A stretch of 64,000 nucleotides of DNA from Cyanophora paradoxa CCMP329 (Eukaryota > Plantae > Glaucophyta). How positions within the stretch are numbered: the first letter of the stretch is position 1; the number at the start of each line of letters is the position of its first letter. The notes under the pieces were generated by a model. It was not told the origin of the DNA, searched no databases, and saw only the letters and a program-made list of their open reading frames with translations. Both the position numbers and the translations under genes were made by a program. The stretch is taken from NCBI GenBank assembly GCA_004431415.1, contig QPMI01000005.1, forward strand, positions 992,001-1,056,000, read 5' to 3'. Shown one piece after another: positions 22,469-34,600 of the stretch.

Positions 22469-25400
22469 CAGCGGGATCAAGGGCGGCGGAATCTACGTCG
22501 ATTCCGAGAGCACGAACGATCGGGTCCTCTTGCGCGATTCTACTTTCTCCGAATGTGCAGCATACACCGGAGGCTGCGTGTACGTCGCCAACTCGAACGG
22601 GCTTCGCCTGAAGAATGTCACCATGGGCCAAAGCTCGGTGAGACTACTATCCGCGCCGTCCTTAGAGGGGGCTAGCAGTCACTTTATTTTCTATGCAGGT
22701 CGAATCGAACGGAGGGGCCATGGTCGTTGAAGCCGGAACCTCCGTTTGCGAGCGATGTTCATTCATCGAAAATGCAGCGGAAAGCGGCGGAAGCGTCTTT
22801 GTGACCGGCTCTGGAGATCTGGAGCTTCTCGAGTCCGAAGTCAGACTCTCGAACGCCCAGCAAGATGGTGCGCGGATCGCAAAGTGACAGGCTAAAGTTG
22901 CTGCAATTTGCGCTCCTCACTCTACATTCCTCGCAGGCGGCGGGGCTGCCGCGAGCGGACAAGGGACACTTCGAGCGACTCACTCGTCATTCGCGAACTG
23001 CCGGGCGATCAACGGCCGCGGGGGCGGGATCTGGTGTGGCAAGCAGTCTCGGTGCCGTCTCCAGAACTCGTTCATTTCGAGCTCTTCCGGGCAAAGCGGC
23101 GGCTGCATCTCCGTCGACGCTGCAGCGGACGTTTCAGTGGCGGACAGCTCCATGTCTCGATGCGACTCGGAAGTGCTGGGAGGCTGCATTCATGTGCAGG
23201 GAGAGCCGCTTGCTCAGCCGGACCGCGTGCATCTGCTCCTATCTCGCTCGACCGTTTCGGCCTGTGTCACAGGAATGGCGGGGGGCGGCGTTGCAGCGGA
23301 CAAATTTGCCGCGGTCCGAATCGACGGGAGCAGCCTCGTCGGCAACGTCGCCGGGATTCCGTCGCTGTCCGAGGGGCAGGTGGCCGTCGGGGACGCCGCG
23401 GGCGTGTACGCCGCCGGGCACTCTTCGGTCTGGATCGCGGCGTCGACCCTAAGAGAGAACGCGGCCCAGCGCCGCGGAGGTGCGGTCGGGACGGAAGCGG
23501 ATGCGCGCGTGGCCGTGGACGGGACTGTGCTGGAAGGCAACGCCGCGAGTGCGTGGCCCGTCAAATTGTACAGAGGCGGAGCGTTGAACGAAGTGCGCAG
23601 ATGAGGGCGGGGGCGTGTACGCCTCAAGCAATGCGGTGTTGAAGCTAACATCTTGCACGCTCACAAACAACACTGCGACAAGAGGCGGCGCCGTGTTTGC
23701 TAAGCGCGGAAATGCAAGCCTTGATTCAACCGCAGTCAGCGCGAATTCAGCATCGCTCGGCGCTGGGATCTTCGTCGAAAAGGATGCCTGCGGCGGCATC
23801 GCTCTAGCGAATTCTTCAGTTCTCTCGAACCGCGCCCAGTTCGGCGGGGGTGGAGTATACGTGAACACGCCCGACCTCTCCGCATGCGCGAGCTTCTCCG
23901 CCCTTGCGTGCGCCGCCTACGCGGAGAACACGGCAGCCTACGGGCCTGCGTGCGCCACGCCCACCGAGCGAATCGTGCCGGAGCTGCTGTCGCGGCCGAT
24001 CAACGTTGCGAGCGGCAAGCCCATTCTCTTTGAGGTGACTATGAAGGACGCTTACGGGTCTGTGCATCGACAACTGTCTTCCTCGTCACGCCCTTCTGAA
24101 TCTATGCAGTTCCATCGTGGCGGATACGGGGTCGTTCATTCAAATCTCGGCATCGAGCACATCGTTGACGGGTGCTTTTATTTATTATCCTCGCAGCGTT
24201 CTTTCTTGCGTCGTCTAGATCCGACTCGTCGTGCGCAGGAACCACCACAAACGCCACGCTGAATGGCGTCGCCCTTCTCTCGGACGTCCGCTTGATCGAG
24301 ATGCCGGGGGCGGCGTACAACCTCAGCTTCTTTGTCGCGGATCGGCAGCTGCAGCCGGCCCCGCTCTCCGTCTTCCTGCGCGAGTGCATCCCTGGAGAGA
24401 TCCTCGACCTGGTGGCCAGAATATGCAGCGAGTGGTGTGTCTGTTTTTGGAGCTCACAACGTTCTACTGGCTTCGTAGATCGAATGTTTGTTTTCCGCAG
24501 TGGGCCGAATTTCTACAGCCTCGACCCGCAGGACGCGGCTTGCAGCCGGTGCCCTGAAGGCGCCATCTGCGACGGGGGCGCACGGCTCTATGCGAAAGAG
24601 TGCGCGAGCGCTTCTTTTAATTAATCGCTTACATGTTGCTCTGTAAATACTGAGATATATATCGATTGCCTAGGGGCTGGTTCCAGAGCACGTTCGACCC
24701 GAACATCTTCATCGAGTGCCTGAACGGGAAGGAGAGCTGCCTCGGCGGACAGCCCTCAGCCTCGAGCTCTAGCCCGCTTCTCCTCGCCAACGACACGTCG
24801 TGTCCTCGGAACGCGACGGGCCAAGGGGAAGCGACGACATCGAACACGACCCTGTGTCCTACACGCGCAGCTGGGCGCCGAAACCTGCTGGCGATTTTAG
24901 TGGATACGGAGCTCGAGAGCCAGTACGTGTCCAAGTGTAAACCCGGGTACGAAGGGCAGCTGTGCGGAGTCTGCGTTAACGGTTTCGGAAGGGCTGGTGC
25001 GATATATACGGTTTTGTTTCCGCGGTGGTTTTTTGAGCGACTCGCGTTGCTCGCAGGGGACTACGCCTGCACCGAGTGCTTGTCCCCGTCCGCTTCTGCC
25101 GCCATCGGATTTCTCGTGGCGCTGGCTTTCCTTTTCTTTGCTGGGTGCGTTTTAGTTTCAGAAATATAACTGAAATCGCATTTGACTATCGCGATCGAAT
25201 CCTGCAGGTACATCACGTGGACGACAATCAAGGATGCGAGTAACACGGACGATGAGGAGAAGCGCGGCATCTTCCTCCAGATCCTTCTCGAGTACCTGCA
25301 GCTCATCACCCTCTCGAAGAGCCTGTCCGTACGGTGGCCGTCGGTGCTGAACGGGCTCCTCGGGGCCGAAGAGGCCATGGTCTCTCCGATGGAGCGCGTC

Positions 25401-27844
25401 GTCAACCTCGACTGCGTGCTCGGACTGACGAGGGAAGGCCACTCCGGAATTCGCCCAGTCTTCGCGAAGCTCCTGTGCGCCACGCTTTGCGTTTCACAGT
25501 TTGAAGAAGTTCGGATCCATTGACTACATTCTAACGGCGTTTTTCAACAGGTTCTACATTCTGCTCCCGATGGCCGCTTTCAGTGCGCGACTCGCAATCG
25601 ATCCTGTGAATCAGTTCTGCCATTCCTGACCCTGAGAATCAGTTTTGCCATTCCTGATTGCTCTCTTGGTGCCTGTGATGCATGTTGCATCAAAGCACAT
25701 TGTCAAATGGGTGTCCGCGGTCTTCAACCCAGTGATGCAGCGGATTCGGCGCCGCAATTCAAGCCTGAACGCGGCGATACCAACGAAGGGCGAAGTCGAC
25801 TCCAGGAAGCAGGCCTCGAAGCGCGCCAAATCCAAAGGCGCAGGCAGAGCTCGCAGCGTCATTGTCAACGACGGAAAGGCGAGCAAGGGCGACGAGCTCG
25901 AGGACGCGGACGCCATGCTGGAGGCGGTGGCAGAGATGGACCTGCGCAAGGGCAGCTTCTGGGAGAACGCGAAGCACATCTACGTCGTCGGGGCCATCGT
26001 CCTCGTCTTCTTCTTCCAGCCGATGATCACTAGCAAGCTCACGTCCCTCTTCGGTGCATCCCGCCCCCGGCGTTTGGCCGTTTCCGCCTCCCAGAGCCGC
26101 CAGCGCCGTGTTCTGAGCGCGCTGCAGGCTGCGTGGACGTCGGAGGAGGCGTGTCTTTGCTGGCCCGCGACCCCAGTGTCGACTGCGCGTCGGCGGAATA
26201 CCGCAGCTGGATTTACGGCGTCGACGTCCCTTTCCTCGTGTACTCGATTTACTTGCTTACGTGATCTGTTCCTACTTTGCCCATGCTGATTTAAATACTT
26301 TACCTGCGCAGGATCTACGGAGTTGGAGTCCCAGCTGGGACGGCCATCTTTCTCTGGGTTTACCGCGACCGCATTCGCGACGACCAGGACCGGGAGTTCC
26401 GCCTCTACTTCTCGTTCCTGTACAGGGTCCGCTTCGATTTTGAGACTGCAAAGTGAGGCACATCGACGCAATGCTCGAACAGGGCTACAAGCGCGAGCGG
26501 TTCTGGTTCGCCTTCGTGTCGATGATTCAGAAGACGGCGCTCGCTGTTTGCATGGCGTTGTTTAGCGAGCGGTGCGCCGGTTTCTGTCGTTGTTAATTCT
26601 GCATTTAATGCTGGCTTCAATCGTGCATGTGCATGTAGGCCGCTCGTGCAGGCGCTCATGGGAGCGTTCGTGCTCTTCGCCGGCCTGGTTCTGCACATGA
26701 AAATTCAGCCGCGCTCCAACGCTCGAATCGGCAGCATCGACGTCGCCTGCCAAATGGGCGCCCTCGTTACGATATGGCTGTGCGCCTTTCTTCTTTAATT
26801 TACATCACGCCTATGTCTCGTCCTAGGTCTTCGCGGTTATGGTCATGGTCTTATGGTGCTGCAGAGGAATATTCCTCTTCCCAGACGCGGGGCTCTCCGA
26901 GGAGCAGAAGAACTTCGTCGCCGCCCTCGGATTTATTTCCAACATTGCCTTCGTCGCCATTCTCATACTGCTCTTCCTCTTTGGCGAGGAGCGGGTGCGC
27001 TGCTTCTCAGAGGTTGATTATGTGCGCGTTTTATGCATATGGTGCGTTGACCGGTACCGGCTCGACCCAGGTGTTCGAGAAGCTGAGGATCGTTATGCCG
27101 TGGATGGCCGCACCCCCGCGCCTTTTATCGGATTCGAAACCTGCGGACGGCGAAACGAATGCGAATGGGGGGGAGTCCATCGAGGGCGCCGTCTTCTCGA
27201 ACTTGGACGGCGACGGCGACGGCGACGGTGATCATGACGAATTGCAACAGCAGCTCGAGCCGGACCGGCCCGGGTACCAGCAGGGCCGGGGACGGCGCCC
27301 GCTGGACTGGGCGACGGAGGAGCGCCCCGCGGAATCGGCGAGGCGCGCTCGCGATGATCCGTCCGCGGCCGCCGGCGTGCCGCCTCTCTGGCACATCGAC
27401 GCCGCGGATGCGGACGGAGAAGAGGGAAGAGTGTCGACGTCGCAGCCACCGCCGCCTGCGCTGCCCGTGGCCAGCCTCCTGCTGGCCGACGAGCTGAGGG
27501 ACAGGCTCGGCCGGCTCAGCCAGCTGTCGGTCTCCGTCAGCCGCGATACGCTGGCGCCGCCGCCCGCCCCCGGCGCGTTCTCGGCAGCCGCGTCTCCCGC
27601 CGCCACGTCGCCCGGGCGCGCCCCGTCCATCGCCGTCTCGCGTCCGTCGTCGGTCTTCGAATTCGACGAAGGGCACTTCGATTTGGTCGTGGAGACGCCG
27701 GGCGGGGCCCGCGGGGCCGCGGACCTGCGGCCGCCCGCCTCGTCGGCCGGCACCCGGACCCCGTCACCAACTGCAGGCGTGAGCCCCCGGTCCGGATCCG
27801 CCGGCTCGGAGCGCTCAGCGCACTTCGCGGGCCGACGTCAGTAG
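22452..27844 (+). pseudogene. 3' part of the same gene: more beta-helix repeats, Cys-rich (CxxC/EGF- or TNFR-like) stalk, multi-pass TM region, Pro/Ser-rich cytoplasmic tail; many short introns
   Basis: GGGIYV, GGCVYV, GGAMVV, GGSVFV, GGCIHV, GGAVFA, GGGVYV motifs at 22.5-23.9 kb. ECIPGE, CSRCPEGAICDGG, CKPGYEGQLCGVCVNGFGR at 24.4-25.0 kb. Hydrophobic segments IGFLVALAFLFFAG, IFLQILLEYLQLI, YVVGAIVLVFFFQPMI, ALGFISNIAFVAILILLFLF. GT..AG introns such as 22638-22698. Stop TAG ends at 27844. Confidence 0.85.
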
Positions 27845-29284
27845 CGATGCACATGCCCTTGCAATAAATCTCTTTTTGAATTGGGGCAGTTCTTTTCGGA
27901 AGTATACCTCTTTTTATATTTGGGCCATGGGAACTCCGGAAAGTATTCCGAGAAGTTCGCCGTCGGCAAAAGTAATATCCCTCGTATATATATTTACTTC
28001 TGTACGTTTCGTTTCGTTACATCTATTTAAAGGTGTCGTGAACTTCCTTTCGTTACAGCTATATACACTCAGGTATTGAACCGCCATAGCAGCCCGAATC
28101 GAATGAACTACAGATACTTTCGGTAGAAGCCGGGAAACTATTCGCCGGCGACGTGGCACGAAAAATAAAACGTTTAATTTCATCAGCTTCTTTGCATGTT
28201 TCGTTTCGCTACAGCTATATTTATATACTTAGATGTCATGAACTTCGAATTCGATTACTACGATACGCGGCGAACTAGGAATACGATTACCCCCGTCCTT
28301 TCCTTCTCCCCTGGTGTCGCCCCCTGGCGGAGCTGAAGCAATTGCAAGTGAAGATGAAGATGGGAGCTAATCATATTAATATTCCTGTTCTTCATATTCT
28401 CATGTCGGCACGACTGGGATGTCTGTGTCACCCAGCTCAAGCTCAAGGGGCCCCCGTCAGCTCTCGAAGGCGGCGCTGGGCCGCCTCAAGCCGCGCCCGC
28501 GCCTCGGCCAGGCCGCCTCAAGCCGCGCCCGCGCCTCGGCCGGCCAGCCCGCCGGCCAGGCGGCGCCTCGGCCAGAGGGGGCCAGAGAGGGGGCCAGGCC
28601 GGGCTCATGATCAGCAGAGGGGGTCGGCGCCGGCGCGGCCGCGGGGGCCGGCAGCAGCGACAGGGACTCCAGCAGCGCCTCCACGTTCTTTGGGGTACAA
28701 GGTTTCAGCGAGCGGTACGGCGACGAGGACGGGGGACGGGTACCGCGAGGAGAGCAACGTTGCCGCGGGCGAGGAAGGCGAAGGAGGGTACCCCCGAGAG
28801 AGTCCCGTCCGGCGGCTGTACCCCGGTCAGGGATAGGGGAAGTGGCGTGGGGAGGGGTACGCCGCGCCTGGAGCTCGGAGAGGAGGGCGGGTACGAAGGG
28901 CCGCTTGTTCACTTCGCAGAGCTGCGGGGTACGCGTTTCGGACGGGGGAGGGGTACGCTGGAATGGGCGGCCAAATGAGACCTGGAGGCGGCCGCGGAGG
29001 GCGGGGTCTGAGGCGACGAAATCAGTGAGGGGTAGAGGCGCGCCGCTGGGTTGAGGGGGTACGGACCGGCGACGGCGGCGGCGGAGAGGAGGGGTACGAA
29101 GGCGGCGCAGCGGACGGCGGCCCGCGCGTCGGCGTTCTCGTCGCGTTGTACCCCCTCCGACCCCCTCAGAGAAGGTGGAGGAAAGGCAGCGTGCGGGAGC
29201 CGAACCGGGGCGGGACACTCGGCCCAGCACGGAACGCGCCGGTGCTTCAAGCCGCGTACGAATCGAAGGCCGAACTCCGCGTCC

Positions 29285-29545
29285 TGGGGTACAGGAGATT
29301 CGGGCGGTGTAGGGGATGAAAGGAGGGGTACAGGAGATTCGGGCGGGGTAGGGGATGAAAGGAAAGGAGGGGTACAGGAGATTCGGGCGGGGTAGGGGAT
29401 GAAAGGAAAGGAGGGTTACAGGAGATTCGGGCGGGGTAGGGGATGAAAGGAAAGGAGGAGTACAGGAGATTCAGGCGGGGTAGGGGATGAAAGGAGGAGT
29501 ACAGGAGATTCGGGCGGGGTAGGGGATGAAAGGAAAGGAGGGGTA
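29285..29545. repeat. 39-44-bp tandem repeat, ~6 units
   Basis: GGGGTACAGGAGATTCGGGCGGGGTAGGGGATGAAAGG(AAAGG)A units start at ~29286, 29325, 29368, 29411, 29456, 29496. Confidence 0.92.
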
Positions 29546-30354
29546 CGGACCGCGGGGGAGCACCAGACGAAGACGAAGGGGTGCGGTCCCCCGAGGTCGC
29601 AGCTGCGGGGGGTACGCCGCGCTTCCGACAAAGAGAGGGGGGGTTACTGCCGCACCGGGCGTCGGGGGAGGCGCAGAGCTCCGCGGCGGCGCCCTGGGCC
29701 ATCGCCTCAGCTTCGCTCTCCCCGCCAGCCGCGCCGGCCAGCCGCTGCGCTCTAGCTGTGGGGAAAGCCGAATTTCGAAGCGAAAGACGGGGGCGCAAAC
29801 CTGGGAGACCGTCACGGCGAAGGGGTACGCCCCCTGCTCGAAGACCTCGTCCCTGGTTCGAATTCCGGCCGGGCGTCAGGGGTACGGGTTTCCAAAATGG
29901 AGAGACGGGTATGCACGTGGAAAAGTCGGCGAATTGCATCATGAGGAGGGCCCCCTGCAGCTCGTCGTCCAGCTGGGCCTGGGTACGGCGTTGCTTTCTT
30001 TCTCTTCGCTATTTATAGAATGACCTCTTATATATTTATACCTTGGCCTTCCAGACGGGGAAGACCTGGCGCCCGAGGGCCCGCGCGGCCGCCAGCTCCG
30101 CCCGGCAGCGCTGCGAGGCGGCGGAGGCGGGGCTGATCGCGAGGACGAGCGCCCGCGAGCGCCGCAGCGGCGCGCCGTCCTGCGGGCGCGGTCGTTTTGG
30201 AGGAAGCTTTTTTAAGGGTCCGCGCGGCCGCGGGGCGCACGTCCTTTGCTGTAGGGCGCGCAGGCGTCGCCCCCGTCCGGCTCCGGCTCCGGAGCAGGTG
30301 CTCGCACGGCAGACCCGAAGTCTAGATCTTCCGTTGCGGCCTCGCCGGGGCTTG

Positions 30355-30520
30355 CCTCCTCGATCGCCGTGTCGCCGGGGGTCTCCCCTGTGCCGTCGGT
30401 CTTCGGCGGCGACCACTTTGACGTGATTGTGGAGACACCAGGCGGGAGGGCGGGACCTCAGATCCTTGGAAAGAATATTAATGGAGCAAACCCTTCTGCC
30501 GCAGTGTACGATACATAGTA
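30355..30520 (+). pseudogene. Orphan fragment paralogous to the C-terminal tail of the beta-helix membrane protein gene
   Basis: Translates SSIAVSPGVSPVPSVFGGDHFDVIVETPGG, compared with PSIAVSRPSSVFEFDEGHFDLVVETPGG at ~27620-27705. Confidence 0.65.
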
Positions 30521-30774
30521 CCTTTTCTCTAGTCTACACGACGCTTTAGATAATTGTCGACTCTCTTGATCTTTGATTGTCGACGAGTAGTCTCTCAAAT
30601 TTAAACAGATAATAGTCGCTTTTCAATCTTAAGCTTGCTGCGGCTGCCTGATTATCGATTCATTGCTGTCTTTTCGTTTTCCTCCCACGGCTTAGTCATG
30701 GCATGGGCGAGCCATCTCAAGTCTTGTAAACTTGAAACAACCAACGGTTTAGCAGTTTAGGACTGCTTGATCTG

Positions 30775-30900
30775 CGCACGGGGCGGGGCGGGGAGAGGTG
30801 CGGGGATGACAGAGTGGAGGGAGCGCGGGCAATTACAGGTAGAGCAGAAGGCGGGGAGAGTGAGAGCGAGGCGGGCGGCCAGGGGTCGGGCGGGGTCACG
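30775..30900 (-). mobile_element. Short diverged fragment of a related LINE 3' coding end
   Basis: DPARPLAARLALTLPAFCSTCNCPRSLHSVIPAPLPAPPR, compared with DPSRPLATRLAS../PALCAACQCPRSLHSAVPAPLPALPR at ~9125-9250. DNA similarity is visible. Confidence 0.7.
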
Positions 30901-31670
30901 GGCGATCGCCCAGGGCGCTGCAGCTGGGCGGAGGCCTGCCGGAGGGGTTCCATTTCCCGATGTCGACGTCGCCTGTATTTCCTGCATTTCCCGAGAGGGG
31001 GATCGAGCTCCCTGCAGAACGTTTCGGTGTACTCTTCGCAGAGGTCGTGCTCCGGATCCAGGCGTGGCCAGCCCCGACAAGTGGGCTACTGGCTCCCATC
31101 CCGCCGTCGACGTCGTCGCCTCGATCGTCGGAGCTCCCGCCGTTACCGCTTCGAATACCATGCCCCCAGCGCGGATATACCGATGCAAGCCTAGGCCGTT
31201 ATATGTATACACTCTGCCAGGCTGGCCTATATGCATGGCCCTCATGATCACAGCTGCGACCGAGCTCGACAAGCCGCACTGCGGCAGCTCGCAGGCCTAG
31301 GATACGCGTTTACGGCCGCGCAGCTAACGGCCTCGCTTCTATCATTACCAATCAGAACAAAATTGAATCAATCGCAAGCTAGTGTTGGCAAGAAGCTTGA
31401 GAGCGTGACGGACACTACCACAAACACTACTCGACCCGAGATCTCAGTGCTAAGCGAAATTCGAAAAACGTCTGCGTTTAAAATTTACTGCGAGAGTCGT
31501 GGACATCCCCATGCATACTGGGGCGGTCGACATCTCCGTCTAAATTTAGATGAAGAAAATACTTTGCTCGGTTAACTTTAGTAAGTCCGGCCAGGCAGGA
31601 AGGGGGTCCCCACGCGCCGCTGTTTCCAGCGGCTCGAGCTCGGCCGGACTCCAGGACCGTGTGTCTAAAT

Positions 31671-34600
31671 TTAGATGGCCAGCGCCAGCAACGCCACGAT
31701 GACGCCCAGGAAGCAGCCGAGAACGCTCTGCGACGGCAACGGAAAGCGGGTTCGACATCGATCGCTCACAATTAAATTACACTAAGAGGCGCCCGAGTGC
31801 AGCCGACGCACCGCGGATTTGGAGGAAGCGGCGGCGTTGGGCCAGTACGGCACACCAGCCACAGAGGAAGAGGCGGGTGTCCATCTGAAAGCCTGAAAAT
31901 GGGATGAATTTCGGGTCGAACGTTAACAATCGTGTATAGCTAAAGATCAGATACTAGAGACATGCCTTGGCGATCACGATGGGAGCCGAGGCCCCGGTAG
32001 GGGACTCGATGCGGAGATCATACTGTTTGGCGATGTATACGTAGAGTTGGACGTCGGGAATCGACACGAAATTGAAATTGAAAGGGCTTACGTCCTGGTT
32101 CACAGCGAACTGGAGGATGTTGCGGCGGAGTTGCGGGGCCCCTGCGCGCAGCTTGAGCCTCGAACTTTAAACGAGTGCAAGAAATTTGAAGTGGATAGCA
32201 CGCACTGAACTTGAGCACGACGGCGCTACCCGAATTCTCTACGCTGACGGAGGTTGCGGCCTTCTTGACGCCACCTGGATTGACGATGTAGACGACCACT
32301 TGCTGGCCCGCCTGCGAGCCCGGGGAGCGATCGGCGTGAGCGCATGTACAGTAATATACCATAGTGCTTTAATTTGGTGCGCACGGTGAGGACGCCGGTT
32401 ACAGGGATGACGACGAAGTCGTTCGGCGAGCCGGACTGGTCGACGTCGCGAAAGGGACCATAGATATGCATGAGAATCATGAATATTAATAGATTCTTTC
32501 ACGCCCCATATAGATGCGCACCTGGGAAACGCGGGCGATTGAGGTGTTCATCGTTACCTTGTACACAACTGTGCCGTCTGCCTCCTGCGATTGCACGTGC
32601 AAAAAAGGCGAATTCGATGATTATTGCTTGTGAACGAAGGGCGACGTGGTGCGCAATTATGTAAGACCGCACCACTTCACGCTTGAAGTCGCTCACTTTA
32701 AGCTACGTATACGAAAATATTTCGCGATCGTGATCAGCAGCTGCAAGTGCAAGTGCACGTGCCAGGCTGTGCAATGATCATGAACGCCTAGGCCTGACCT
32801 TCGTGTCGCCTACGGTGACTTCGGTGACCGGGGCGGCGTCGCCGGCCTTCTTGATGAACTCCGGTACGGCTGCAGGCTGCATGCAGTCGCCAGCGAACGC
32901 GCGCGCGCGCGCTCGCCATTTCAGTTGCTTCTCAATACTTGTGGATATCAGACTCTGAGAGTACGCACGAGGGGAGAGGGCGTGGGCGTCGAGGCGGCCG
33001 CGGCGGGGGGCGTCGAGACGGCGGGGGGCGCCGGCGTGGGCGTCGGGGAGGGCTTCGCGTCGGTTGCAGTGCTAGTAGGGCTCGGCGAAGGAGTGGCGGC
33101 GGCAGCTGCAGGGGCCTCCGACGGAGAAGGCGACGGCGACGGGCTCGGGCTCGGCGTCTCCGTCGGCGACGGGCTGGGGGACGGCTGCGCACGCGGGTAC
33201 GAGGGTGCATTCGATCAGGCCCGGCTCGAGCTCATGGCCAGTGATCAGGCTGAGCGCGAGGGCACGCCGCGCACCGAGGGGGAAGGGGACGGGGACGGGG
33301 TTGGGACGTAGGGGGCCGTGTAGTTGAGGTGATGCGCGTGAATCTGGAAACTATTTGCATTCCAGGCCGCGTACAGGAGCGGCTTGTCCCCAGTTCCGAT
33401 GTTCGTGAGGGTGTAGCCCACTGTGGTGGCCGCGGCAAGAAGGCTCCGCCGGACGCTCGCCGCGCTGCGACAATCGATATCAATATTAATTGGCACTCTC
33501 ATTTTCACACCGGGGCCGGGGGCCGGGGGTTGTCCGTGCTCCAATTCGTCCGCGGCCGGGCCCGCGGGCCGGTTGCGCTCTCGTCGACTCGCAAGCTTAT
33601 GATCAAATTAAAGGCACTCACATCTCCACCGAACTTGGCGAAATGAACTCGCTGTCCTGCACGGCGCCGCTAGAGTTGAACGAGTAGAGTCCCGGACCCG
33701 CACCCACCCCCTGCACCCCTTGAACGACAAGCCGCCAGAGGCCCGCGCTGGGGATTTCGGAACGTCAGTAAATATATAAACCGAATTGCGATCGCAAGTC
33801 AAGGCCGAGCTTTTATTTGATTAAGCCCGACAATGACGGCGCTTCAAGGCTTACGAGGTCTTCAGTATCGCCAGCCCTCGCGGGGCTGCCGCGAACTCCG
33901 CCGCGCTAAACTCCGTCTTCTCACCAGCGGCAATCTGCCGCGCGCGCAAGCTTAAGCGATTGGCCTACAATTTTAATGAAGGACCGGAGGCGGGGCCACG
34001 CGCCTTCATAACCTTGAAGCTAGTGTCGCCACACCCTGTCCCCCGCAATCAGATATCAGCGCAGCTTAAAGCTTCAGCAAATCTGCCTGGATAGCAGTGA
34101 ACTTGCCGATGTAAAAGGTTCCATCCGAATCGACGGTGAAGGCGGAAGGGCCGCTTGTAGCACTATTGACGTCTGCGCCGAGTCCTGGAGGAACGCAAAA
34201 TTCCACTAGCGTGTTTGAAGCCGTGCCCGTGCCTTCGGAAGTCGGAGAGTCAAACGGCGGCTGATGAATTGATGAAGTCGCCCGCTTGACACATTGCAAG
34301 CACACTAGCACGTATCACAGTACTAGTATACGTATACGTACCGTTGGCGGCCATCTCGTAGATTTGGGTAATATCTCTAGCGGCCAACCAGTAGATCTTG
34401 TCAACCATAGCCAGTTTCAGTACTAGTACTAGTAATTGAATGATAAATACATCGATGAATGCATAATACCTTGTCGTCTTTCGGGCTGTAAGCGACGTTC
34501 ATGACTATCGTCTCGCCAAATGGCCCTGCACGTGTGCAGAATCAAATGCTCAGATATAGCGCTCTGAGAATGAAGGCACGCGCTCTAGCTGCATCTGCAG

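Noticed and set aside
17898-22631. ATG at 22631 as the start of the 1577-aa LINE ORF
   Set aside because: It lies outside the TSD, in antisense host exon sequence; the element begins at 22451.
28340-30030. Solo LTR or DIRS-like element (TATA-like CTATAAATA on the - strand near 30010-30018)
   Set aside because: No TG..CA termini, TSD or second copy could be identified in the window.
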